The notes under the pieces: model-generated
What the model saw: the letters and a program-made list of their open reading frames with translations, nothing else
Database searches by the model: none
Told to the model about the DNA's origin: nothing
Assembly: GCA_013265495.1 (NCBI GenBank)
Contig: MU058198.1
Coordinates: 4,405,579 to 4,466,038, forward strand
DNA from: Vicugna vicugna
Taxonomy: Eukaryota
Reading direction: 5' to 3'
DNA length: 60,460 bases
In this document: positions 42,860 through 55,365 of the stretch, piece by piece
Layout of the letters: each line of letters begins with the position of its first letter
Numbering within the stretch: the stretch's first letter is position 1
Made by a program: the position numbers and the translations under genes

Positions 42860-43270
42860 GAATTTTAGACAGGAGTGGCCACATGATTTGCTTTGGCCAA
42901 TGGGCCGATAACAAAACAAGAGGGGAGCAGCTTGACAGGTCCTTGTGCGCTGAAGTTCACCTTCTCTTGCTGTTCTTGGGAACCATGTGGTGACCACGAT
43001 GTGAGTAAGCCCAGGGTTGGTCTGTTGGATGAGCAGATCACGTGGAGCTGAGATGAGCCGTCCAGATGAAGCCCTCCGTAGACCCGGGCCACAGACAACT
43101 CACCAGCTGACCACGGATATACAAGGGAGCCCAGATGAGATCAGCCAAGCCAGCCCAGACCAGAAGAACTGCTCAGCTGCCCGGCAGAACCGTGAGTTAA
43201 ATGCATGGTTCTTGTTTTATGCCATTATGTTTGGGGACAGTTTGTTACCCCTTAGTAGCTAACAGATACA
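42860..43270 (+). mobile_element. MaLR LTR (MLT1F/G-like)
   Basis: cccagaccagaagaactgctcagctg...gccattatgtttggggacagtttgtta...agctaacagataca. Confidence 0.75.
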
Positions 43271-45083
43271 GGTGAGGGTGCTGGTTTAGGGGGAAGAAGG
43301 CAAACTATTGGTTGATTGGTTCCTTCATTAATGCTTACTTTGTGTGAAGCTGTGTGCTAGGGGTAGAGATTTAACAGTGGACACAGCACATACACTCACA
43401 GAGCACCAGCCATCAGTGGTCCCCAATAAAAAGCACGGTCATTTCAGGATTTGGTGACAAGTCCAGGAGGGTGCAATGGGAGGGGCTTGGGGGAGAGAGA
43501 TGTGGAAGCTGAGACCTGAGGATGTGCCAGGTGAGTGGGACCTGGAGTGGGGGTGGTGGGAGGGGGAAGGAAGAGAGTTCCTGGCTGTAAGAGATTGTGG
43601 GATGGTTGAGGAGAGGCTGGAGCGATGGGGAGTGATGAAGAAGTCCCAGGGGGTCACAAGGATGCTTTTAAGGCATCCATTCCCAATGATATTGCTCCTG
43701 ATGGGGCTAAATTTGGTTCTTAGAGGATGATTTGCAGCCCTTCCAAAGAGCCATATGGAGTATATCTGTGTATTAAAACTTAATGGAGCAATGATAAGAA
43801 AGAAAAAAAAAATGACTGGAAAGTCTCGAGAGAGAGGAAATAATGAAAAAAAGATTGAGAAACACTGTTTAAGCGACTCCATTTCCAGATCCTCACCCCT
43901 TGCAATCTGTTCCTTTTCTACGTGGCCCTCTTCCCGCTTCTCGGAAGAACATCATTTTCTCCCTCATCCCAGGTCTTTACTGCTGTTTTCCTCTGGGAGT
44001 GAAAACCTGGGGTGGGGGGACACTTAGAAATACTGGTGCGGGCATTGAGAAAGTGGATAAGTGATAACGACCGAATATTAAATCCTTTTGTAGATTTGAA
44101 GGATTCTTTGCTTTCAGCAAAATTGAAGAGGGGTATGGTAGCATTGTCAGAGTGCTGAATTCCTTTTTGAAAGCAGTAGACTTTAAAAAAAATTTTTTTA
44201 TGATGTCTAACTCAAAAAGTGTTCAAAGAAGTATGTAGCATTGCTGTAGAAAATCTCTTACCATCCCCTTCTGTTTTGTGAAAGGTTTCTCCATGCCTAC
44301 GTCTATAAAAATGAAAGATGGAAACTGAATTCATGCTAAAACCTTATTTTGCAGAAATAAGCGATAGTCATCCTTGGGTATATGAACTCACTGACTAAAT
44401 AAGTAAAACCAGCTCTATCCATCTCATTAAAAGATGCATTTCCAATAAAATTTTATTTTTTATGTTTACTAATTAGTTAGCCACGTTTGTAGTATCATTG
44501 GGTTATATGGATCAATTGTCTACTCATAATAATTGTAATGATAATTCAGAAGGGAATAAAATTAACATTTAGAGCCAGTGGGCACAGAGAAGTTATACAA
44601 TTATTAATTTCTTTTTATTATTCTCTCTGTGACTCTGTTGCTGTGTCTCTCTTTCTGTCTCTAGATATACTCACAGACACATAAAATATATATGCTATGT
44701 GTAATAATATATATAATTTGTTTGGGAGAGGTATGGTAGAGTAAGTAACTAAAAAAAAACCTTGAGCTTAAAAGAATCTGGTGTGGGAGGTTATGTAGAA
44801 TGAAAATACAAGTTCAAGGAGTAACAGAAGCCATGGGAAATTTCCAACTGCTTAAGATGAGCTTGCTTGTATACTTTTAAGTTAGATGTTGGGTAGATAT
44901 GAAAGCCGTTGTGGTACGTGCATTCCACTGTAAACTTTAGAAGAATGACATGATGGTTTTAACGGAAGACTACAAAGTTTATGATATACTGGAAATCACA
45001 TTTTTTGCAACTATAGCACACACATACACAAATACGTCCTTTAAAAAATTTACACAAAAGTGCTCATGCCCTAGACACTCTAC

Positions 45084-45584
45084 TGTCGATGAAATAAAAT
45101 CCCACAACGTGAGAGTTGTGGGTTAAGCTTTATCTGGGGCAAAATGAGAACGACAGCCCAGGAGACAGCATCTCAGACAGCTCTGAGAACCTGCTCCGAA
45201 GAGGCAGGGGGAGCTCAGTATCACATGTGATTTCAGTGAAGGGGGGTTATGTTCAGTCAAGGACGCATTTAGGCAGAGGCTGCTGCTAGTCACAAGAAGC
45301 AGATGTCACCGTTAATGATTTTAGTGCTTTTCTAGATATGAGGAGATGCAAGAATTTGGGCTCCTAAAATCTCCTGGAAATACCTATCTGAAGGCCCGTT
45401 CAGCCGGTTTTCCCAGAGCCCAGAGCACCTCATTCCTGATCCCCACCCTGAACGCCTTTCAGGATGCGTTGGAGGTCAGTGGGCGCAGCGGCTCATGATT
45501 TAATCCAAGCAAAGGTAGACGGCAAGTGCCAGCGTGATCCAATCCTTGTAGAGGCAGATGGCAAGTGCCAATGTTTAGTTGGCA
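45084..45584 (-). mobile_element. ERV1-type solo LTR (artiodactyl-like)
   Basis: TG...CA bounded ~500 bp; cagcccaggagacagcatctcagacagctctgagaacctgctccgaagagg; short internal duplication (ggcaagtgcca twice). Confidence 0.7.
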
Positions 45585-45620
45585 TCACCTACCTTTTTTC
45601 ACTTAATAAAACACTTACGT

Positions 45621-45740
45621 GGGGAGGGTATTGCTCAGTGGTAGAGCGCATGCTTAACATGCACGAGGTCGTGGGTTTAATCCCCAGTACCTCTGTTAAA
45701 TAAATAAATAACCCCCTCCCCTAAAAAAAATTTTATATTT
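45621..45740 (+). mobile_element. tRNA-Ala-derived SINE (vic-1-like)
   Basis: ggggagggtattgctcagtggtagagcgcatgcttaacatgcacgagg..., A-rich tail. Confidence 0.88.
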
Positions 45741-46116
45741 CCATTTAATAAAAAAAATTAGTGGCTTTTCCATACGAGTACATATGGATTTATGTCATTT
45801 TTATCAGCTGGGTGGTATTTCTTGGTTTAGATGGCCATTTCAGTAATTTCTTGTTTTTTGTTTTTAATGTACAGTCCTGCAACAGATGTCTTTGAACACC
45901 TGTAATGGGAAGTTTTTGTGCATTTATTTGAAGAGTAAATTTTTAGCAAGGAGGTTGCTGGATCAGAGGATCTTGCATTTTTACATTTTGAAAAATGCTG
46001 CTCACGTTTTCTTCCAATAAAGCTGTATTTTCCACCAGTGGGGTTTGAAAGCATCAATTTTCACATGTCTGACAGCCCAGAAAATATATATGAAATGCTC
46101 AGTTGGTTAAAAAAAG

Positions 46117-46213
46117 ATTTTTTTTTCATTCTTTTAATGGAGGTGCTGGGGATTGAACCCAGAACCTCATGCGTGGTAAACATGCGCTCCACCACTGAGC
46201 TATTACCCTCCCC
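46117..46213 (-). mobile_element. tRNA-Ala-derived SINE (vic-1-like)
   Basis: ggaggtgctggggattgaacccagaacc...actgagctattaccctcccc. Confidence 0.87.
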
Positions 46214-46529
46214 GCAAGAACACCCTTAATGATTTGCGCTCCTGTAACCATGATTAAGGTTAATCCATAATGAGTGAGATTGAGCAACTTTTTATACGCT
46301 CATTAGCCATTCCTTTATCAATATCTGCCTTATTAAAAACTGAGTTGTCCTTTTCTTATTAATGTATGAGTACTTTGTCAACCAGGGAATTAATTAGCCC
46401 TGTGTCTGTCATTTATGTGGCAGATATCTTCCTAGTTCACTCTGTCTTTTCTTTGTGTGTATGTGCGTGTTTCTCTATAGATGTTTTGTATTTTGTATGA
46501 AATCATATTTACTTTTTAAAAACTACGCT

Positions 46530-49520
46530 TTTTATTTTGAGGTAATTGCAGATTCACATGCAGTTGTAAGAAAAGATAGCGAATGATCCGGGGTACCCTT
46601 TACAGACTCCTCGCCCAGTGATAACATCTTACAAGCGCCGTAGGATGTCACACCCAGAGTGTTGACAGCCAAGATACAGGGCAGGTCCCTCCCCACCAGG
46701 AATGAAGATCCCTCCTGGTGCCCTTTTATAGCCACACCTACTCCCTCCCAACCCCCACCTCCTCCTTCAACCCTGACAACCACTGTATCTTCTCTATTTC
46801 TGTAATTTTGTCATTTCAAGAATGTTTTATAGATAGAATCATACCATATGTAACATTTGGGGATTGACTTTGTCTCACCCAGTGTAATTCTTTGGAGGTT
46901 CGTTCAAGTCGCGTGTCACTTATTTTCCTCACATCACGTCAAGGGTACATGCTGTCAGCATGATGGATCTTGTTGATGTTGACCTTGAAGTTGACCTACT
47001 TTCCCCACTGTAAGTGACTCTTTTTTAACCCCGTTTCCAAACTGTCCTCTTTGGAAGGAAGTCACCCTCCCGAGCCCACACCTAAGAACCGGGCAGCTGT
47101 GCTCCAGCTCCTGGAGGGGAGAGTTTCTACAAAAATTACTTGGAATTCTTCTACACAAGAGATTTGTTTCTTCTTCGGTTATTTGTTTATTCAGCCATTT
47201 ATTTATATCAGTATGGATTCATGGATATTTATTTCATACTTTGGTTTATAATCTAATACTACTTTTTTTGTGTGTCGTGTGTAGCTTTAAAAAAAACAAT
47301 CAAGCTTTTCCATTTTGATAATGGACTAAACATTCTGACCAGCCATGTGTGAATGATCCAGTTTCTCCACATCCTTGCCAGCATTTGCTGTTGTCACTTT
47401 TTTGTTTTTCTTAAATTTCAGCCATTCTGATAGGGATGTAGGGATATCTCATTACGGTTGGAACTTGCATTTCCCTCCTGCCTAATGTTCGCCTTCTTTT
47501 CATGGGCTTATTTCGCATCTGTGTATTCTCTTGGATGAATTTTTTTTTAATTTTTATTTTTTGATTTACAATGTTATATTAGTTTCTGGTGTACAGCATA
47601 GTGATTCAGATATATATATATATGTATTTTCATGTTCTTTTGCATCACAGGTTATTTTGTTGTTTACCTATTCTGCACATAGTAGTTTATATCAGCCAAT
47701 TAGGTTAGAATTGTTTCTTCATGTCTCCTGCCCACTTTCTAATTGGATGTTTTTTATTGTTTTGTTCTGAGAGTTTTTTTTTTTAAATATGGTCTAAATA
47801 CTGGTCCTTTGTCAGGTTTGTGGTTTGAAAATATTTTCTTTTTATGTAAATATTGTCACTTCATCTTCTTCACAGAATCTGGTGGAGAACAAAAGTGTTT
47901 GTTTTGATGAAATTCAATTTGTCTTCTTTTACTTCTATAGATCATACTATTGGAATCAGATCTAAAAACTCTTTACCTAGGTCCTGAAGATTTTCTCCTA
48001 TGTTTTCTACCTCAAAGTTTTATAGTTTTATAATTTAAATTAAGTCTGTGATCCATTTTGAGTTAATTGTTGTATAAGATGTTCTTAGAAACAATGATCA
48101 GTACATAGATGTAAACTAAAAAAATGTGCAGTATACTGTATATACGTATTTACATGCAATATAATGTGTATGTGCAGTCGAACTGTAATAATTCTACCTA
48201 ATAAAACTGAAAGAGAAAAAAAATGACAGTGAACAATGGGCTAGTCTTTTGGGGAAATAAAAGAGAAAACTAGGTCCTTATTGCTTTCTTGCAAGAAAAT
48301 AGCTTGTGGATAGAGCAAAAATTTAGATGTAAAAAATATAAGAGAATGTGGAATAGTTATTTTTTACTGTTGAAACAGGAAAGAACTTTCTGAGAAGGAC
48401 ACAAAATATATAGAATATACAGAAAATGATAGACAATTTTGACAGAGGTGCAAAAGCAATCCGATGGAGGAAAGATAGCCTTTTCAACAAATTATGTTGA
48501 AGTAATTGAACATGCACAGACCAACAAAAAGGAATAACCAAAGTGTCACATCTTATATTAAAATTAACTCAAAATGGATCACAGACTTAAATTTAAATTA
48601 TAAAACTATAAAACTTTTAGGTAAAAAACACAGGAGAAAATCTTCAGGAACAGAACAGAAGCTGGCAACTTTTTCCTGAAAGGGCCAGATAGTTAATATT
48701 TATGTTGTCTTCTGTGTTAATTTGCTATTGTAAATAATGTGGCAGTTATACACAGTCCTTATATATAAGTCTTTTCACACTTATCTGTTTACCTCCAAAG
48801 GGTAAATTCCTAGAAATAGGACTTGGCGGGTGAGAATATATGGTATTTTACTCTGTGGTACATATTGTCAAAATTTGTGTTTATATTTCCATCAAGTATG
48901 TGCAAAAGAGCCTCTTTCACCACACCCTTATCAACATTGGATATTATCAGTCTTCTGATTTGTTAATAAGTGAAAAAAAAAGACATTTCACTGATTTTCT
49001 TACACTTCTTTCTTCAGTTACTGTGACTATGTTTTCACACATTATTGTCAATTTGTTACTTACATTTCTGCATTTGTGTCTGTTGCCTGTTTTTCTCTGT
49101 GGTTACTTTTTCACATTAATTTCTAAGAGCTCTTAGTAGGAATAGCGACACTTCATCATTTGTGTGCAATATTTTTTTCTCCAGGTTTTCATTTGTCTTG
49201 TTTCTGATAATCATTTTTATTTTCTGGTTTAGAAGTTCCAAATTTTATTTGTTTCAGGCTGATAGAACTTTTTATGTACAATAGGTTTCTGGTATGCATG
49301 AAAAGCCTCTCATGATTACAAAAATATTCACCCATGTTTTATTTTAGTATTCTTATAGCCTCTCTTTTACATTTTAACATTTGGCTCACTTAGAATTTAT
49401 TTTGAGGTACAGAATGAATAAAGATTTTTCCTTTTCTTTTTTTTTTAAATAAAGCTAGCCAGTTTCCCTGACATTATTTAGATATCTTTAACCCATGATT
49501 TTGAACCCCAATATAAATTT
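46530..49520. mobile_element. Cluster of old L1M fragments, mostly antisense, with an internal inversion
   Basis: ttttattttgaggtaattgcagattcacatgcagttgtaaga; ccacatccttgccagcatttg; ORF2-derived segments in both orientations. Confidence 0.75.
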
Positions 49521-50944
49521 CCACGCATATATTTGGGTCTAAAAGTACTCATTTAAGAAACCTACCAGCTATCAAGGAACTGAGTATTTTGACTCTAGTA
49601 AATTATTTGCTCCTGGCCCTACACTGGAGAATTCTTTGAAAAACAAGGTATGCCTTATCTTTAACTAGAAAGTTTTTTACCTGATAGCAATTTGTCTATC
49701 AAAGATAAAATTTTTATTATTCAGGTTAATAAATTGGTTGTATTTCTCCTGAGCATAAGGATAAAATTATTTAGAATTTAGAAATATGGCTCTAAGAGTG
49801 CTATTCATCTGTACTCTATCTTGTATATGTGTAACCATGATTATGGAAATAAAACAGGTTGCAGAGGGAGTTGCCAAACCTAAAGAGTTAAAAAAATAAA
49901 AAAAGGATTGTAAGATGACATTCCACCAAGTTTGCAGAATAAAAAAGGCACTTGGTTGGATTCCAGCTCCATGTTTCATGAGTGTGTGGTCCTGGACAAG
50001 GCTCTTCCCCTCTCTGGACCTCAGCTCTCTCATCTGTAAAATGGGTTCATAGTGATAAAATCTGCCTCACATTGTCAGGAGGACTAAATGAAATAAAGCA
50101 AGAATTCACTGTGCCTGGGGTTCACCATGGATATCCAGGTGTTCTTAGATCTGTGGTCTTAATTTAACCTCCTCATCTCACACTGACACCTGCAGCTCCT
50201 GTTTTGTTATGTAACAGGCCAGCTCCTGACTGCATAGTACACTTGGCTGAGTCCTTGACCTCTGACTTTATTCCTTCCCACTCCTACCCTATGACTCCTG
50301 GGGTCCTGCCCCAATTACAGGCCAGTGTCACTTGACTTCCATTCTTGCCCCAGCCCAGAAATTCCTGGCTCACCCGTGGGCGAGACCTTGTAGTTCCAAA
50401 CAGAGGTCACCATATCCTTTGAACCCTCTACATTGGGCTGCTGCCGAGTCCCACTTGGTCTTGCCCCCTTTCCCTTCCAATGGAGGATAACCAGGATGCT
50501 TAATTCTCACCCAGGCACTTGCAGTCCCAAAGAGGATGACTGGGGATGCAAAGAACTGCTCTTACTGTCAGAATTTCTGGCCCGGTGGCAAAGTAGACAC
50601 AAGAGGTCTGTTGGCCCAGGGTCAGGTCATGATGGCGGCCCCCATAAACTCCAGGGCAATCAGTTCATCTGAAGGTGGATTTTGCCCTCACATTCTGCCT
50701 TTATAATAGTTATTTATGTGCCTGACACATCTCCCTGATTTGACTGTAAAGTTCACAAGAGATGATCTCTTAGCCATCTATCCTGGATGGATAGGCGTGC
50801 CACGGGATGACTAAAATGTTGCCGTGCCCCCTCCCATGAGCAATTGCCCGTGGTCCTGAAACACCAAGGGAATGTTTGCTTGCTCAGATTTCAGGATTCT
50901 GAAGAGCAAATAGTAGCTGTGGAAGAAAAGAGTGCCTTGTTTTT

Positions 50945-51440
50945 TTTTTTGCAAGGGGCAGAACCCCAGCTCCATCTGGCTTAAGAAAGAAGAAGACCTA
51001 GAAAGATCAGACATGGTCCAAGAGTAACTGGATGGGCGGGGGGGTTCTAATACAGGTGTCATCAATCTCATCCTCCCTCTTGGCTCTGTTTTCCTCTGTG
51101 CGGCTCCGTTCTCTTTGGGTTCACCCCGCGTGGTGGCGAAGATGGTCACTGGTGGCTCTCGGTCTGTATCCCCCCCTCAGCAACCCCAGGGATGGAGCAC
51201 TTCTTGTTCCCAAAATCTCCAGACAAATTCCCAGGATTGTATGTTAATGGCTTGACTTGAATGATATGCTCACCCCTGCACCAGTCAGGGTGGTCTGGGA
51301 GATGGAATGTGTCACCGGCTGGCCCTAGGTCGATGCCCAGCCTTTGAAGGGATAGGGAGGATAAGGCTGGGGGCTGAATGATGAGGGGGGTGTCAAATTG
51401 TATGAGCAGGAAGACCTGTGCTTCCCCCAAGGAAACGCAA
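50945..51440 (-). mobile_element. Old MaLR LTR (MLT1K/L-like)
   Basis: ttgcaaggggcagaaccccagctccatctggcttaag...; degenerate. Confidence 0.5.
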
Positions 51441-51516
51441 GATGCTATTACTCAAGGAGGGAGGCATTAGATCTTGAGCAGACACTGATGCCGGATATCC
51501 ATTATGGAGACAGCAG

Positions 51517-51576
51517 GGGAGAGCGAGAGAGAGCGAGAGAGTGAGAGAGAGAGAGAGGGAGAGAGAGGGAGAGAGA
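51517..51576. repeat. Imperfect (GA)n tract
   Basis: Direct reading. Confidence 0.9.
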
Positions 51577-51669
51577 CTGTTAGGGAAGCCAAACACTGAC
51601 ACAGAGAAAAATGAAGGCTTTTATAATTTGAAGAAAAGAAGTGCCTTAAAAACAAAAGGCAACCAAGAA

Positions 51670-52165
51670 AGAATCATTACACCCATTATTCATGATAACC
51701 AAAAGGTGAAGCAATCCAAATGTCCATCAGCAGATGAATGGATAAAATGTGGTCTAGCCACGCAACGGAATATCACACAATCTTTAAAAGGAGGGGCATT
51801 CTGGCACCTGCTACAACATGAACCTTGAGGACATTATGCTAAGTGAAATAAGCCGGACACAAAAGGACAAATGTTGTATGATTCCACTTACACGAGGCAC
51901 CTGGAATAGTCAAATCCATAGAGACGGAAAGTAGGATAGTGGTTGCAGGGCTGGAGGCGGGGAGGGGGAAATGGGGAGTTAGTGTTTAATGGGGACAGAA
52001 TTTCAGTTTAAGAAAACGAGAAAATTATGGAGATGGCTGATAGTGATGACTGCACAACAATGTGAGTGTGCTTAATATCGCAGAACTGTACACTTAAAAT
52101 TGGTTAAAATGTTAAATTTTATGTTAAGTGTATTTTACCTTAATTTGAAACTTAAATTTAAAAAG
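51670..52165 (+). mobile_element. L1MB-type 3' fragment
   Basis: aaatgtccatcagcagatgaatggataaa...atgaaccttgaggacattatgctaagtgaaataagcc...gaactgtacacttaaaa. Confidence 0.88.
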
Positions 52166-52639
52166 AACCAATTATAATTGGGAAAGCATGTCCCTTTTTT
52201 CCTAAAAGAAGAAAACCTTTTACCCCATGCCTCCCTGACCAGGCACTCATTCTAGACTCTGCCTAGTGCAAAGCTCCACAAACAGAAGAGGTCATGAAGA
52301 ATTCGCTGAATGCATCTGTAAAGCAACTTGAGATGTTCTGGCCCCACTGCCGGCAATAATTTCTGAGCAAACATTAAGGTCATCATCCCCCTGAATACTT
52401 GGGTGTATGTGGGCACCTTAGCCTCATCTCACAGGGGATTCATCAGTGCCTTCTGAGTGTTGGACAGAGAACCCAAATCCCCTCATGTTTGTAACCAGTT
52501 TCACCCCACCTCACCACACCCCAGAGCACATCTGGCAATATCTGGAGACACTACTCCAGGTGGGTGTGAGGCCAGAGATACCACTGGTCATCCTACAAGG
52601 CACAGGACACTGCCCACAACAAAGAATGATCCAGTCTTA

Positions 52640-53155
52640 CTGGATAAATAAGTTGTGATGTATATATGTGTATATACACATATATACACAATGGAATACT
52701 ACTCAGCCATTAAAAAGAATAAATGCCATCTTTGCAACATGGGTGGACCTGGAGATCATCATTCTAAGTGAAGTAAGCCAGACAGAGAAAGAAAAATACC
52801 ATATGATATCACTTATATGTGGAGTCTTTAAAAATGCCACAATTCAACTTATTTACAAAACAGACCAGACTCACAGATATAGAAAACAAAGTTATGGTTA
52901 CCAGGGAGGGGAAAGGAAGGGGTAGAGGGATAAATTGGGAGTCTGGGATTTGCAGATACTAACTACTATATATAAAATAAATTAACAACTAGGTCCTACT
53001 GTATAGCACAGGGAACTATATTCCATAGCTTGTAATAACCTATAATAAAAAAAAGAATATGAAACTGAATATATATGTATAACTGAAATACTGCTATACA
53101 CCAGAAATTAACACAGCATTGTAAACCAGCTATATTTCAATAAAAAAATTAAAAA
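52640..53155 (+). mobile_element. L1 3' end inserted into a MER20-like element (about 52500..53210)
   Basis: L1 3' UTR + poly(A); TSD aaagaatgat(c)cagtc; flanks read catctggcaatatctggagaca...aaagaatgatccagtc / aagtgtcagtagtgcc. Confidence 0.85.
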
Positions 53156-54339
53156 AAGAATGATCAGTCCTAAGTGTCAGTAGTGCCGGGGGTGAGCCAG
53201 TCGGGGAACCCTCTTCCACCTCCAAGGGCTCTCCCCCGACACAGAAACGTGTGCACACACGTACACACACGCGTCCATCCTTGCCTTCCCCCATGCCCTC
53301 CTAAGCACCTTCCTGGTCTTTGTTAATTTTCAGCGACTTCCAAGAAGTCTGCAGCATAAAAATACACTTCTAAAATTAGCTTCTTGCTCAATATCCTTTA
53401 AAGCAATACATTTGCCTTGAATTTAGTTCTGTGCCCGGGATTTTACATAACAGGGCAGAGGCACACAGAGGGAGGAAGGATGCAGCTACAGCACCAACAA
53501 GGACCAATTCACTCTCCTCCCTTCTGGGTTCCAGTGAAGCATCCTGAGCTGTAAATCAGCCAGTCAGGTCTGACACACAAGACAGACTTTTGGAGGTGGG
53601 AGAGGGGGCTGGAGGTAAGGAAGGGAACGCATGTCGTTTGGAAGACTATGTTTAATATGATTATCCAGTTTTATTTTGAGAAATAAAGAAATATTATCAT
53701 TTTTCTGTTACTTGAAAGGTGGTACCCCTTAAAGAAGTTTGCAAACTTGACACATTTATTAGGGTCAGAAGTTAAATTTTCTGCTTGACTGACAGAAATT
53801 CTTTTCTACAATAAAATCAGAAAAACAAAAACAAAAGCAAGGAAATGTCATTGTTTTATTTATTTTACTCCTGTTGTAAGACGTTTTACACCCAGTTAGC
53901 TTCTGTGTAGATGAGTTAAGTTTAGCAATTTTTAAACTCACCAAATAATTCAAGTAGCTCTTTTCTCTCTTTCAGTTCAAAAACAATTCTGAATATTTTT
54001 CTCTAAGTTCATTGTAGAATTCTAGCCACCCCTTCTCCCTGCCACTTTTTAAAGTCTTAAGACTTAACATTTAATTTTTGGCTGTTTATCAGCTTCACCT
54101 TGTCCCTTGGGTCACCATCCAACATTTTCTCCTATTATTCAGGTAAAATAAGCTTTTGAGAAAAGCCTGTTTTTCTAATTAGGCTAGATTTTATGAATAA
54201 ATTAGAAATTCTGGAGAAGGAGGAGAAGACAGTAAAATTAATTTGGGAAAGATGCTTAAGACCAAGGTCTGTTCCTCTCACTCTGCCCTGGGCAGTATTC
54301 TCTCAACTGAAAGTTCATTTTCACAAGTGAAATCAAATC

Positions 54340-55365
54340 AAATGAATTTGACTCCTAAGGGAATGAAAAGACAAGCCTCAGACTGGGGGGAAATGCTGCC
54401 AAACATGTCATTGATAAAGGATTTGTCTCCAGAGTATATACAGTGTTCTCCAAACTCAATAATAAGAAGACAAAGACCCAACTTTTTTTTAAAATGGCTT
54501 AAAGATTTGACCAGACATTTCAGCAAAAAAAGATAGGCTGATGGCGCATAAATAAGCTCGTGAAAAGATGTTCAGCAAAATTGGTCATAGTTAATGTAAA
54601 TTAAAGCCACAATAAGTAGCACTGTGTACCTGTCAGCAACTACAAGTCTCACACCCACTCTGCATATGGGAATCTACAACCACCTTGGAAAACAGTTTGG
54701 CAGTCTCTTGAAAGTTAAACGCACACCTAGCATTCTACTCTTAGGTATTCACTCAAGAAATGAAAGTGTATGTCACTACCAACACTTGTAGAGAAAAAGT
54801 TCATGGCAGCTTTTTTGGTAACATCCAGAAAGCTGGGAAACTGTCCACCCACAAGTAAATGGATAACAACGGAACACTACAGAGCAACCAGAAGAAACGA
54901 ATTTCATATACGCAACAAGATAGATGAATCAAAAGTAAGTACACGGAGTCAAAGAAGCCAGATAGAAAAGAACATGTGCTCTGTTTGATTCCATTTCTTT
55001 TTTTTCTCTTTTTAATTTTTTAAAAGTGACACTCCATTTACAGATATTACAAAATTTTGACTACATTTCCTGTGTTGTACAAAACATCCCCGTCACTTAT
55101 CTTACAACCAATAGTTTTTACCTCCCACCCCACCCCCGCCCCTGTATTGTCTCTTCCCCTCACCCCACTGGTAACCACTAGTTTGTTCTCTATATACTTG
55201 ATTCCATTTCTAGAAAATTCTAGAAATTTCTAACTAGTTTATAGTGGCAGAAAGTGGATTAGTGATTGCCTGAGAACAGAACGGGATCACAAGGAAACTT
55301 TGGGAGATGGTCTGTATGTTCGCTGTCTTGATGGCGGTGCTGGTTTCATGGGTGGATACAGAAAA
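54340..55365 (+). mobile_element. Old L1M fragment with a nested antisense L1 3' end (54997..55197)
   Basis: aatgaaaagacaagcctcagactggg...ggaaaacagtttggcag; nested insert has TSD ttgattccatttct. Confidence 0.8.

Noticed and set aside
42509..43882. ORFs of 119 aa (42509..42868) and 147 aa (43439..43882)
   Set aside because: Biased composition, overlap with old repeats, no splice-supported structure.
45621..45695. tRNA-Ala genes (here and at the eight similar sites)
   Set aside because: Heads have mismatched stems, A-rich tails and often TSDs; they are SINE copies.
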